In this document: one piece after another, positions 1 through 9,375 of the stretch
How positions within the stretch are numbered: position 1 is the first letter of the stretch
Layout: each line of letters opens with the position of its first letter
NCBI GenBank assembly: GCA_965231055.1
Contig: OZ246411.1
Span: forward strand, 345,875-409,874
Direction: 5' to 3'
DNA length: 64,000 nt
Origin: an uncultured Candidatus Saccharibacteria bacterium
GTDB lineage: Bacteria > Patescibacteriota > CALEFQ01 > G965231055
Made by a program: the position numbers and the translations under genes
The notes under the pieces: generated by a model
What the model was told of the DNA's origin: nothing
Seen by the model: only the letters and a program-made list of their open reading frames with translations
The model's database searches: none

Positions 1-93
1 AAAAAGTATGGGATTTCTCAGAGATCCAAGTGGGTCGCCTACGACGTCTATAAGGATCCTGATTCTGAAACCAAGTTCGCTGAAGCTTTTTGA
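1..93 (+). CDS. 3' end of an upstream hypothetical protein (partial, ...KYGISQRSKWVAYDVYKDPDSETKFAEAF*)
   Basis: Frame 1 is open from position 1 to TGA at 91-93. A hairpin (gcggatcc/ggacccgc) plus T-run at about 115-146 follows and looks like its terminator. Confidence 0.35.
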   Translation, partial: KKYGISQRSKWVAYDVYKDPDSETKFAEAF

Positions 94-114
94 CGCCCTC
101 ATCTCTATTCACGT

Positions 115-146
115 GCGGATCCTTCCCAAAGGACCCGCTTTTTTAT
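115..146 (+). terminator. putative intrinsic terminator
   Basis: Imperfect hairpin gcggatcc...ggacccgc followed by ttttttattt. Confidence 0.4.
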
Positions 147-476
147 TTAATGACTATGCTTCGCAGAGTTACTTTTCATAACTGAAAAGTAACCAAAAGG
201 TTTGTGGGGTGTTCAAAAGTCGCTAGTTGCAAAGATATAACACTCCATGATGCTTAAGATGACGCTCCGACAGTTGAACACCCCAAACCCCATTGATACA
301 TGAAATAGTCAGCTTGATTACGAGCGCGGCGTGATGATAGTTTGCTGAATGCCGAATACCGAATGCTGAAAGCTGAAAACTGAGCACTTCGCCTGTTAAT
401 ACTTCATTTGACTAGCGCAAGTTTGTTATGTAGTATAAGCGCACGCTTTTTGAAAAATTAATAAACATATAAGACA

Positions 477-1097
477 ATGGAACAGCAAAACGCTCAAGCA
501 GAGAATTCCCAAAAACCAGAAGATAAGAATCAATCTTCAAATGTAGAGGCCAATATCTCAGCTGAAGCCGACGAAAAGAAAAAGGGTTTCAGAAACGGTA
601 TTATTGCCGCAGTAGTGATAGTTGTATTGGTAGCGGCCGGAATCTATTTTGCCACCAAGAATGACGATGAGGCAAAAACTGAAGATGAACAAGCAACCGA
701 ACAATCAGCTTCTGAAGTGAAACAAGAAATTGCAAAGGAAGAAATAGAAGAGCTCAAGAAGAATCCAACCGAAGTCAAAGTTGAGGGTGCACACAAAGAC
801 GGTAAGTACACCGAAGTTGCCAACAAAGGCGATGGGGTGACTCAACTTGGAAGAAGAGCACTAGCAAACTATGAAAAGTTGAATTCAGACAAGCTTCCAG
901 AAAAATTCAGCAATGAACACAGAATTTATGTAGAGGACTATCTTATGAAACATACTTCTAGCAAATGGCTAGGGGTAGGTGATCAGTTTGATTTTTCTGA
1001 CGAACTTGTGGAAGAAGCTATCGAAAAAGCTTCTGCACTTACAGATTCACAACTACAAAATCTTACTCAATACAGCGTATCGGTTTTTGGAAAATAA
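477..1097 (+). CDS. hypothetical membrane-anchored protein (single N-terminal TM, charged N-terminal tail)
   Basis: 206-aa ORF. Hydrophobic segment IIAAVVIVVLVAAGIYFA after a K/E-rich N-terminus. A terminator hairpin follows at about 1115-1146. Confidence 0.6.
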   Translation: MEQQNAQAENSQKPEDKNQSSNVEANISAEADEKKKGFRNGIIAAVVIVVLVAAGIYFATKNDDEAKTEDEQATEQSASEVKQEIAKEEIEELKKNPTEVKVEGAHKDGKYTEVANKGDGVTQLGRRALANYEKLNSDKLPEKFSNEHRIYVEDYLMKHTSSKWLGVGDQFDFSDELVEEAIEKASALTDSQLQNLTQYSVSVFGK

Positions 1098-1114
1098 ATC
1101 TCATTAAGCCTTAA

Positions 1115-1146
1115 AAACCTCGGAAAAACTCCGAGGTTTTTTGTTT
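1115..1146 (+). terminator. intrinsic terminator
   Basis: acctcgg-aaaaact-ccgaggt hairpin followed by ttttttgttt. Confidence 0.7.
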
Positions 1147-1194
1147 ATTAATATGATTTTATGTGATATAATAGTTAAATATTAAATACAAAAA

Positions 1195-1581
1195 ATGACA
1201 AACACAAAAAACAATATGCAAGATCCCAAAAAACCTGTATTAACGCAGGACGAGATTCAGGAAGTTCCACAAGAAATGGTGCTTTTTGCCGAATCTCTCA
1301 TTGAAAAAGCGGGACTAAGCAATCTTCCCGAAGACTTTTTTGATATATATAGGAAAAAGCTTGCCTATGAGGCTATGCGTAGAGTGGGAATAATGGTGAT
1401 GCTTAAGACAGACAAAGAAAAAATTCAGTCTCTTTTTGAAAAACAAGAAGAGCTTGAGTCAAATCCCGCCGAAGCTTACAAGATAATCAAGTCTCAAATC
1501 CCAGAAGTAAGTGAAATCACGAAAGAGGCCCTGAAGGATTTTGAGAGTGAGTTTTTAATAGCTACCAAAAAGAATGGTTAA
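1195..1581 (+). CDS. hypothetical small acidic cytoplasmic protein
   Basis: 128-aa ORF. Its stop overlaps the start of the next ORF (ATGGTTAA, 8-nt overlap), consistent with translational coupling. Confidence 0.55.
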   Translation: MTNTKNNMQDPKKPVLTQDEIQEVPQEMVLFAESLIEKAGLSNLPEDFFDIYRKKLAYEAMRRVGIMVMLKTDKEKIQSLFEKQEELESNPAEAYKIIKSQIPEVSEITKEALKDFESEFLIATKKNG

Positions 1582-4500
1582 TACAGAACTAGCACAACCA
1601 AATAATAATACAAACGAGCAGAGAGATACTGCGAAAGTTGATATTAGGAGCATGGATGCTAGAAAAACAAGAATCGATGCGATCGCTTCTCTGACACAAT
1701 CAAGAATTCATAAAAAAAGAGATGAGGCTATTGAAGCAGGTTATGAGCTAGAAACGGCTCTGAAGCGTGGTGATCAGAGTGAAATAAACCGCTTGAAAGG
1801 CAAAAACGAAACCATAGTTCGTGAGATGCAAGGATTACATGAGTTGGGGGATTTTTTAATACAAAAAGAATATATTTCCGGGAAAGGTGTTAGACATGAG
1901 TTAGGGTGGATTTTAGAAAGGAGAGCAGTTGACTCATCCAGTATTGACGATCATATTAATTTGTTTTTCGCGAGATCTGTTACTGCTGGCGGAATAGATA
2001 GGACAAGAGCTCAAGCGCAAAGTAAATGGTATAAAATAAAGCATCCTATAGATACAGTGAAGGAGTTTTTTAGTTTGAGTCAGGAAGAGCTTGATAGGAG
2101 ATATGATGTGACAGAAGCTGCTTTGTATTCGTTGCTAATAGAGAAGATGGGAGTTGTTACCGGTAGCACTGACGAAGAAAAACGACAAAATTTTGATGTT
2201 TTCGTGAGGGAAATGATTGGAAAAGTTGAACCTGCAGTAAACCAAATAGCTGTAAAAAAGAAGCTTCTTTTTTCAGGTGAGTCTATAGCTAAAACCATTT
2301 TATTTTCAGCTATGATTGGATCTGCATTTACTCCTGCTGCCGTTTTTGCTGTACCATCTTTTTCATTGTTGTCTTATGGATACGGTAAATATTCGAAATG
2401 GAGACGAAATAAGGAGGGTAGTACTATAAATAATGAAGAATTTGCAAAAAAGAAATCGAAGATATTGAAAAACAAAAAATCCTCAGAGATACTAACTAGA
2501 ACATTTTTTCAAAAGATCGGAGATAAGTACGAGCAAGAGTGTCTGCGTAAATTTGGCATGAATCAGGAAAGTACTTTGGATTTGGATTTATTAAAAGATT
2601 ATTCGGAAGTATTAACGATTAATAATCCAGAGCAAAGAGAAAACCTTATACAATCTCTTGTTGGTGGTGAGATTATGGCTAAAAAGAGTGAAGAGCTTTT
2701 GATAAAAGAAATTGAATCAAATTCGGGTGTGGATCAAAAAATCGAGGAGTTTGATAGAAGTATCGGTAGTACTGAAAATAGTTTTTGGCTAGATAAAATC
2801 CCATTTGTAGCTAGGTGGGCAACTTATATGGCGATTGCCAGTAAAGATCTAGGAATTGAAAAGGTAGTTTCCGATAGCTACTTGGCTAATGGAGCTCCAT
2901 TGTTCAGAGCTATTGTTGGAGGTATCGCTGGATATAAACTTTCTGATAGGTTGAATATTGCACTAAGATCAGGGGGCATTCGTAGTAAGATAAGAGGAAT
3001 GGATAGAAATCTTAGAAAAATTTTGAATAATTTGGAGGGTATAGATGAGGAGAGGCGAATTGATGAAGTTTTACAAAATGCTGACGATAGAGCCAAGGTG
3101 AAAGCTTTTCTTTTGTCTGAGATAGCTGGAGCTTCTCGCAAAGATTATTTAAAACCTCAAGAGCACGATCAACTTGAAAAAAATAAAAAAGCATTGGAGG
3201 TTATAAATCTAGCTGAAATACGACATCACGAGCAGCTTAAAGCGGGGCTTGATAAAGTTATAGGATCAAGCGAGGATTATAGTAGGGCGCTTGAGGGTTT
3301 ATATAAATCAATCAGCTCAAGGGATGAGGCTGGGGTGAAGTTATCTCAAAAAGCAAGAAAGCGCAATATTGAAGACTTGATTGTAGCTGAAACTGAAAAG
3401 TTTCATTCCAGGAAACTTATTTTCAGAGTAGGTGGTACTGTAGTTGGTGCTCTCGCGCCTTTTATTATACGACACTTTCTGGGTTCTTTTTCTGGTGAAT
3501 CGTCTGATGCAAAGCATCGCGCATCAGCTTCGGGTGATGATGCTCCAAAATCCGACGAAGCTTCTAGTCTCACTAAAGATAAAATATCTAAGGCAGGTTC
3601 TAGTGTCGAGGGCGCTGGTGAAAAAGAAGCTCCTAGCGTTGACAAGGCAGAGCATGCAGTTAAAAAAGGCGTGGTACCTTCGAAGGAAGTTGCGGTAGAA
3701 GATGCAGTAACTGGACCAAGAGAATTAAAATGGGCAGATGTAGACAAAAACGCTGTGGTCAAACAGAACGAAGGTGTTTGGCATGCTGTAAAAAGACAAA
3801 TCGAGGGAGATAATGACATTAGAAAGGCGCTGGGACTTACTGAAAGTGCCACAAAGGATGAAATAAATAGAGCAACTGCAAAATTATTGGTTGATAATGA
3901 CTACATAAAACCTGATCATACCGAGGTTAGAGTTCTAAAAGCAGATGCAGTGGCTTATGATGCCAAAGTTGTGAATGATAAAGTGGTTATATCAGAATTG
4001 CATAGTGTGGCAGGGAAAGCAGTTGAAGGAAGCAAAGGTATCGATAAGGCATTTGAATACAGTTATAAACAACCCATTAAACCTGTGGAGCTTTCTTCTT
4101 TGCGATCGGGAGTGAGCGAAGAGCTTTTTGATCGCGAATCTCTGAGAATTTACGGTGGACATGGGGAGGTTGCACTTGGCAGTGGCGACACCGGTGATTC
4201 TTTATTGCTTTTTGATGACAGAGACTCTGTTGTAAGGAGTTTTGACATTGCTGATGGTGTGGCTCCGGAAAAAACTATGGATATTATGCAAGATGTTAAA
4301 ATGCTAGAAGATTATGACGGAATAAAAAGCTTTACTAGTGCTCTAGAGGACTCTGGCTACGGAAGCTACGGATTTGAATCGCGTTTAGATAGCATGACCG
4401 CCCAACAAGAAAAAGTTTTTGAAGAGGCTTTTGGTGTCAAAGGATTCGATAAAATGTCCCTTAGGTTCAACGTAGATAAAGAGGCTCTAATGGATTTTAC

Positions 4501-5296
4501 TAGAAATCATAACACGAAAACTATTGATATTTTTGCAATGATTTCTGGGGATCAGCCAATTCCAAAGGGATGTGAGAACCTAATCAAGGCTGCAAGAGGT
4601 GTTATAGCGGAGCGCATTGATTCCTATGGTGCGGGATATACTGACCTTGTAAATACAATGGTTGTGGGTGAGATAAACGATAATGGATTGATACAATTCC
4701 TCAATGAAAATTATACAGACCAGAGGCTAATGGATGCAAAAGAGTTCAGGCTTTTGGAAGATTCATCTGTTTTGGATTCGTCGATTGATAGTGGCTCGAG
4801 TTCCCCTGATTTAGTTGGTGGAGAAGAAGAGGCTATTACGAGATCGTCAGTAGAGCTTCCTGCTAATTCAAAAGCTATAGCCAAAACACTTTTTGAATTG
4901 GACGATCGAAAAATAAATCAAATGTTGAGTGAGAGAGGTAGTCTGTCCGAGTCTCTTGATGACATGGATGGTGATTTGAAAAAGTCACTTAATGACACGA
5001 TTGATCAGTTTAAATCACGAGCAAGTGTGGTAGAGAAACTCGCTACAAAAGGAGAAACAAATATTCCTGGGCTAGATGATTTTAGAATTATATCAAATGC
5101 ATCATCTAAACCAGCTGGTGAAGTTTACAATAGTTTATTTAAACTAATGGGACAAGAAAAAGAGCTTGATAAGTTTTTAGAAGCACACGACGAGAATGCA
5201 TTTACTAGAGATCTAGGTGATATTGGTTCTGTTGCTACGCAGAGTGAAGAAGACATTGAGGCCGAAAGAAGAAAAAAAATTCTTGAATGGTTATAA
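1574..5296 (+). CDS. giant hypothetical protein (1,240 aa), coiled-coil N-terminus and predicted TM hairpins, unknown function
   Basis: Long uninterrupted ORF. Hydrophobic stretches (e.g. ILFSAMIGSAFTPAAVFAVPSFSLL; GGTVVGALAPFIIRHFLG). No P-loop or other catalytic motif recognised. Weak hairpin plus T-run at about 5342-5370. Confidence 0.7.
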   Translation: MVNTELAQPNNNTNEQRDTAKVDIRSMDARKTRIDAIASLTQSRIHKKRDEAIEAGYELETALKRGDQSEINRLKGKNETIVREMQGLHELGDFLIQKEYISGKGVRHELGWILERRAVDSSSIDDHINLFFARSVTAGGIDRTRAQAQSKWYKIKHPIDTVKEFFSLSQEELDRRYDVTEAALYSLLIEKMGVVTGSTDEEKRQNFDVFVREMIGKVEPAVNQIAVKKKLLFSGESIAKTILFSAMIGSAFTPAAVFAVPSFSLLSYGYGKYSKWRRNKEGSTINNEEFAKKKSKILKNKKSSEILTRTFFQKIGDKYEQECLRKFGMNQESTLDLDLLKDYSEVLTINNPEQRENLIQSLVGGEIMAKKSEELLIKEIESNSGVDQKIEEFDRSIGSTENSFWLDKIPFVARWATYMAIASKDLGIEKVVSDSYLANGAPLFRAIVGGIAGYKLSDRLNIALRSGGIRSKIRGMDRNLRKILNNLEGIDEERRIDEVLQNADDRAKVKAFLLSEIAGASRKDYLKPQEHDQLEKNKKALEVINLAEIRHHEQLKAGLDKVIGSSEDYSRALEGLYKSISSRDEAGVKLSQKARKRNIEDLIVAETEKFHSRKLIFRVGGTVVGALAPFIIRHFLGSFSGESSDAKHRASASGDDAPKSDEASSLTKDKISKAGSSVEGAGEKEAPSVDKAEHAVKKGVVPSKEVAVEDAVTGPRELKWADVDKNAVVKQNEGVWHAVKRQIEGDNDIRKALGLTESATKDEINRATAKLLVDNDYIKPDHTEVRVLKADAVAYDAKVVNDKVVISELHSVAGKAVEGSKGIDKAFEYSYKQPIKPVELSSLRSGVSEELFDRESLRIYGGHGEVALGSGDTGDSLLLFDDRDSVVRSFDIADGVAPEKTMDIMQDVKMLEDYDGIKSFTSALEDSGYGSYGFESRLDSMTAQQEKVFEEAFGVKGFDKMSLRFNVDKEALMDFTRNHNTKTIDIFAMISGDQPIPKGCENLIKAARGVIAERIDSYGAGYTDLVNTMVVGEINDNGLIQFLNENYTDQRLMDAKEFRLLEDSSVLDSSIDSGSSSPDLVGGEEEAITRSSVELPANSKAIAKTLFELDDRKINQMLSERGSLSESLDDMDGDLKKSLNDTIDQFKSRASVVEKLATKGETNIPGLDDFRIISNASSKPAGEVYNSLFKLMGQEKELDKFLEAHDENAFTRDLGDIGSVATQSEEDIEAERRKKILEWL

Positions 5297-5387
5297 AAAG
5301 TATTAACTGCTATGCATAAAAAATTTATATTTTACATGAAAGCTCCATCGCAAGGTGGAGTTTTATTTAATTTTAGGTAAAAGAAAA

Positions 5388-5428
5388 GGACCCCTGAAAG
5401 AGCAGTGTATGTGGGGTCCTAAAAAAAA
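5388..5428 (-). terminator. intrinsic terminator of the 5451..6503 gene
   Basis: 8-bp stem aggacccc/ggggtcct followed on the minus strand by a T-run. Confidence 0.5.
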
Positions 5429-5450
5429 TATATGAAATTGTGTGTGGGGG

Positions 5451-6503
5451 TTATATTCCGGAGATTAATGCTCTCCGTTCTTCGGCACGCTTTTCGCGTG
5501 CATCCATTTCTGCAAAAATCTCTGATCGAGGTTTGTCGATTGCCTCGATCCCAAGTCTCATTATTTGTTCATGAGAAATTTCTTGCATTTTTTCTCCGGT
5601 AAACAGTCTGTATATGACTGCTCGCAGGAGTTTTGGATTGAATCCCAGTTGCTGGAACTGCTGTGAGTTTCGTCCTTTTGGGTTTTCGCCGATGTCTGAG
5701 TAGCCCTTCTTTAGTGCTTTAGCGAATGTCATGTTCGGATGGGTTCCTTGGAAATGCTGATCCTGACATATCGTGTAGTACGCAATCTGCTCTTTCGAAA
5801 GAACTACGTCTTCTACACCCTTGGCGTATTGTTGATTCTCGCTTTGCAAGTCGTCATTTCTTTTTTCACTTTTTTCCAGTGCATTCCGGCATTGTCCAAT
5901 AAGTGATCTGAGATTCTCATTATCTTCTTCGAGCGCAGTTTTTAATGCATCTGGTTTAGGAGTCGCTTTCGCTTTGGGTTTTTCATTGCTGGAGTCAGCG
6001 GGGCGAACAATAGCCGTGCCGGTACTCGGGGTGTTTCCACACCCGACGATCCTGTTGAGGGCTCTGATCTGCAGGTCCAGAACAATAATTTTTGAATCTT
6101 CTGTTTCTGCACCTCGGTCTTGCTTGAGCTTGACGATACTTGCCTTGAGAATGTCCTTGCGAGTTTCTTTGTCTCCGGCGTCGGGTTTCTTTATTATTTT
6201 TTCTGTGATTGATTTCGGGATATTTACCGAGATCCCCGCGTAGCCTTTGAGCTCATTAATAAATGCAACGAGTATGATTGCCCCGGCGTCTGAATCAGGT
6301 TTTTCCGATTTTAAGGACTCAATCTTGTCGATGACAGCGTCTTTCCGAGCCTTCAGATCGAAATGATCCGGGTCGGGGATTGGAGTGATCGCCGGCTTGG
6401 TCTCTTCAGGCTTTGTGGCCGGTGCTGGGGCAGTTTGACAGAAAACAGTGGATACGCACACGCACAGAGCAAAGAGTGACGCGAAAAGGTAAAAGTGTTT
6501 CAT
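5451..6503 (-). CDS. secreted hypothetical protein (N-terminal signal peptide)
   Basis: 350-aa ORF. AAGGAGG lies 5 nt upstream of the ATG. Signal-peptide-like MKHFYLFASLFALCVCVSTVFCQTAP. Minus-sense hairpin (aggacccc...ggggtcct) plus T-run downstream at 5388-5428. Confidence 0.65.
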   Translation of the reverse strand: MKHFYLFASLFALCVCVSTVFCQTAPAPATKPEETKPAITPIPDPDHFDLKARKDAVIDKIESLKSEKPDSDAGAIILVAFINELKGYAGISVNIPKSITEKIIKKPDAGDKETRKDILKASIVKLKQDRGAETEDSKIIVLDLQIRALNRIVGCGNTPSTGTAIVRPADSSNEKPKAKATPKPDALKTALEEDNENLRSLIGQCRNALEKSEKRNDDLQSENQQYAKGVEDVVLSKEQIAYYTICQDQHFQGTHPNMTFAKALKKGYSDIGENPKGRNSQQFQQLGFNPKLLRAVIYRLFTGEKMQEISHEQIMRLGIEAIDKPRSEIFAEMDAREKRAEERRALISGI

Positions 6504-6785
6504 TCAAACCTCCTTGTCCCGAAACGGGACGTGATGTTGTTTACAGTAAGTGGACACAAGCGAGCTATTAGATATAGCCTGCTTGTTTTGCCAATCTTTC
6601 GATCGGCTTAACACGCCATGAATTGCTGAAAATAATCCCAACAGCTCATAACTAACGGCTAATAGCTCATTTTGTGTCCACTTTTCACACACAAATTGTG
6701 AAAGATCGGCTTTAAGCCGAATTTCAGCTTAACGCTGGACACTACCATTTTACTCTTTTATTGTCAAGCAAGATGAATATTCAAC

Positions 6786-6814
6786 TTGACAAAGTGTCAT
6801 ATGTGATGTAGTGT
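6786..6814 (+). promoter_or_regulatory. candidate sigma70-like promoter (TTGACA-17 nt-TAGTGT) embedded in an 8-bp inverted repeat (ttgtcaag...cttgacaa)
   Basis: Read directly. It lies upstream of the 6955 gene in a 450-bp divergent intergenic region. Confidence 0.3.
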
Positions 6815-6954
6815 AGGGCGTTAAAATCTATTCATTTCAGTGCTCGTAAAACTCTTTAAAAGACGTAAAAAAGGGTTTTGCGAGTGTTGAAACTGAACGT
6901 TCATGTATAAAATTTATCTGCGTTATTCTAGAAATAACGCAAAGGAGGCTGAAA

Positions 6955-7962
6955 ATGCTGGAATTGAAATCATTATGGGAATCGACTGGTATAAAGGTTC
7001 GCGCTGGCTTGATACTGCTTGTTTTAATTGTTGTGGTTATGGGATATATGTTTGTTGCAAGTCTCATTCGCGAGAATAATTCAACCGAAACTGAGACGGC
7101 AACTGATGAAGCACAGCAATCTGTTCCCGTTTTGCCAATTGAAACTCCTCAGCCCACGAAACCCGTATATGTGGCAGTGGTTTCTGACAAGATTGTCGAT
7201 GCGATTTGGGAACCACTCAATGATTCGCTAATAAGCGATATTATGGATGGAAAACTTCGGGGTATGGTATATGTTTCTTCGGTAGCAGAAATCGTCCTTG
7301 CCGAGATAAAACAGCAGAATAATGTTCCAGTGAGTGTGTCGATTCAAAATCATGACGGTCTTCCGATCGGGAAATTTGCATGGAGCTTGCTCAATGATTA
7401 CGAATTTCTAACAGCTTTGAATTCCGAATTAATCAATCGATTCCAGAAAAGTCACGGAAAGGTATCGGGCGAAAAAATTGTTGAGCTGGCCAAGTTTTTC
7501 CTGCTGGCGTCACGAAATAGGGAAGAAGTGGCGTATGAAGATCTATGGGAACAATCAGAAAATCCCATGGTGGATTTCATACTTCGAAAATGGGGAAAAT
7601 TTCATGGTGGAATAGACTATGAAGGCTTCACTGTGAATGAAGACATTTATTCATTCGCATTCGTTTGGATTGCAGTGGGGGGAGGAACGATACCTACAGA
7701 GTGGGTGAATAAGTGTTATATAAACAATATTGCCTTCAGAAGAATTATTAGAAGCTCTTCTGAAGACATCCCAACGCCAAATCCATCGGAGTATGGAATT
7801 GCATTGAACACTCCATTGCCAACTCAAACACCTCAGTTGAAAGATGACGCTACTTCCACACCGGTTCCGGAAACTCCTGATGTTGGATGTGGTAGCCAAA
7901 AATCAGAAGATACTGCTCCTACCCCAGCCAAAACCAAAGCCAAGGTTCCGAGTTTTCTCTAG
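6955..7962 (+). CDS. hypothetical membrane-anchored protein (N-terminal TM, extracytoplasmic domain, P/T-rich C-terminus)
   Basis: 335-aa ORF. AAAGGAGG 7 nt upstream. TM segment GLILLVLIVVVMGYMFVASLI. Confidence 0.6.
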   Translation: MLELKSLWESTGIKVRAGLILLVLIVVVMGYMFVASLIRENNSTETETATDEAQQSVPVLPIETPQPTKPVYVAVVSDKIVDAIWEPLNDSLISDIMDGKLRGMVYVSSVAEIVLAEIKQQNNVPVSVSIQNHDGLPIGKFAWSLLNDYEFLTALNSELINRFQKSHGKVSGEKIVELAKFFLLASRNREEVAYEDLWEQSENPMVDFILRKWGKFHGGIDYEGFTVNEDIYSFAFVWIAVGGGTIPTEWVNKCYINNIAFRRIIRSSSEDIPTPNPSEYGIALNTPLPTQTPQLKDDATSTPVPETPDVGCGSQKSEDTAPTPAKTKAKVPSFL

Positions 7963-8178
7963 CGTTCATTAACCTGCTCATTTCGCGGAATTTCCTTAAA
8001 AAAGAAATTCCGCCCTTCGTTTTGAACTTATTTATGAGTTCAGGAGGAAGAGAAAATCAGAAAGTGCCCTTCCTTTTTGGCTACAAAATACGTTGTGATT
8101 GAAAAGGGAAGACATGTATTGATCATTCAAAATTTAACAATTTTCTAAACCCACTTAAGATGTGGGAAGGAGGTACTC

Positions 8179-9225
8179 GTGTTTATAAACGATCTAAGTA
8201 CGCAGAACGGTTCGAAATTTCTAATTACTCTCTTGTGGGTAATCCTAATCTTCATTTGCATATTGTTCTTGATGGCATATGCATTCACCTGGGGTCTTAC
8301 CGATCTCCTTCATCCATGGTTTTGGGTCAAGGTGATTGCCGGAATTTTGTTCATCGTGCTTTTTTTCTCGGTAGTAAAGTTCGTGAGGGTTCCTGCCGTC
8401 ACCGTAATTCCCGCAGAATGGTTTTGGGGTACTCCCATTATTTTGCAATCGGGGTTAAAGGTCTTCATCAAATTTGCTATGAATATTCGAGAGTTTGAGT
8501 GGACCACAAAAACCTCCGCTAAAACAGAGACCAAGAAGCTCAAGAGCCTTGATCTTCGACCGACTGAGATGAACACTTCTGAAGAGGCCATTCACAGCGA
8601 CAGCGGACGCAGTAAAACTGCGTGTACGGTGATTTTCGAAGTATTCAATCCTCGTCAGGCCATTTTCGGAGCCAATGATGCTCCCAATATGTTGGACGAC
8701 AAGATTCGTTCTTCATTGAGAGATATCGCATCGCGTGAAACCTTCAACGCCTTCTCTGCAAGAAACAAGGGAGAAGTAGCGGATGACGTTCTGAATCTGC
8801 TCAATAATAAAATTTCTCTTCTGGGATTGAGAATTCTTAGTTTGGATATAACTTCGGTAGAGCCGATCGGGGACACTAAGAAATTCATGGAGACCACTCT
8901 GCGCGCAAAAACCGAGGCTGACGCAAGAATCTTGGTAGCCAAGGCGAGACAAAGGGAAACCGAAATTGACAACCGATCTGTCTATCTCATTGCAAGGCAT
9001 GAGAATGTCTCTATGGAAGAAGCTGAGGTCACCTTTCAGCAACGCATGGACAAGAGGTCTCAGCAGAAAGCAGCTGAGAATGGCGGTTTAGTGATCGCAA
9101 GTCCTGGGGCGAATGTGAGTGTTTCACCTGATCGTCAAAAGCGAAACGATTCTCCCAAGGGGAAAAATATAGAATGGGAGAATTTTGATGACGAAGACGA
9201 CGATGAAGAAGAAGGCAACCCTTAA
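8179..9225 (+). CDS. SPFH/band-7 (prohibitin/HflK-like) domain membrane protein
   Basis: GTG start preceded by GGAAGGAGG. Two N-terminal TM segments, then a ...ILSLDITSVEP...RAKTEADARILVAKARQRETEID... segment typical of the SPFH domain and its coiled-coil tail. Acidic C-terminus. Confidence 0.55.
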   Translation: MFINDLSTQNGSKFLITLLWVILIFICILFLMAYAFTWGLTDLLHPWFWVKVIAGILFIVLFFSVVKFVRVPAVTVIPAEWFWGTPIILQSGLKVFIKFAMNIREFEWTTKTSAKTETKKLKSLDLRPTEMNTSEEAIHSDSGRSKTACTVIFEVFNPRQAIFGANDAPNMLDDKIRSSLRDIASRETFNAFSARNKGEVADDVLNLLNNKISLLGLRILSLDITSVEPIGDTKKFMETTLRAKTEADARILVAKARQRETEIDNRSVYLIARHENVSMEEAEVTFQQRMDKRSQQKAAENGGLVIASPGANVSVSPDRQKRNDSPKGKNIEWENFDDEDDDEEEGNP

Positions 9226-9375
9226 ATAGTTTGAAAGGGCGGAAAATTGTTAAATAGTTCATTTGCGGAATCTCATTCTTGTTACTCTGACAGATTCCGC
9301 CCTTTATCAAATGTTTCATGGTGAAACTTTTGAAAGAGGTGTTCATTAAAATTAAAAAAAGAGAGGGGAAAGAAG

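Noticed and set aside
3403-3852. 149-aa minus-strand ORF and other short antisense ORFs (644..826, 2080..2298, 2878..3141, 3012..3194) inside the 1,240-aa gene and ORF 477
   Set aside because: Fully embedded antisense in long, well-supported ORFs. Serine/leucine-rich shadow-frame composition.
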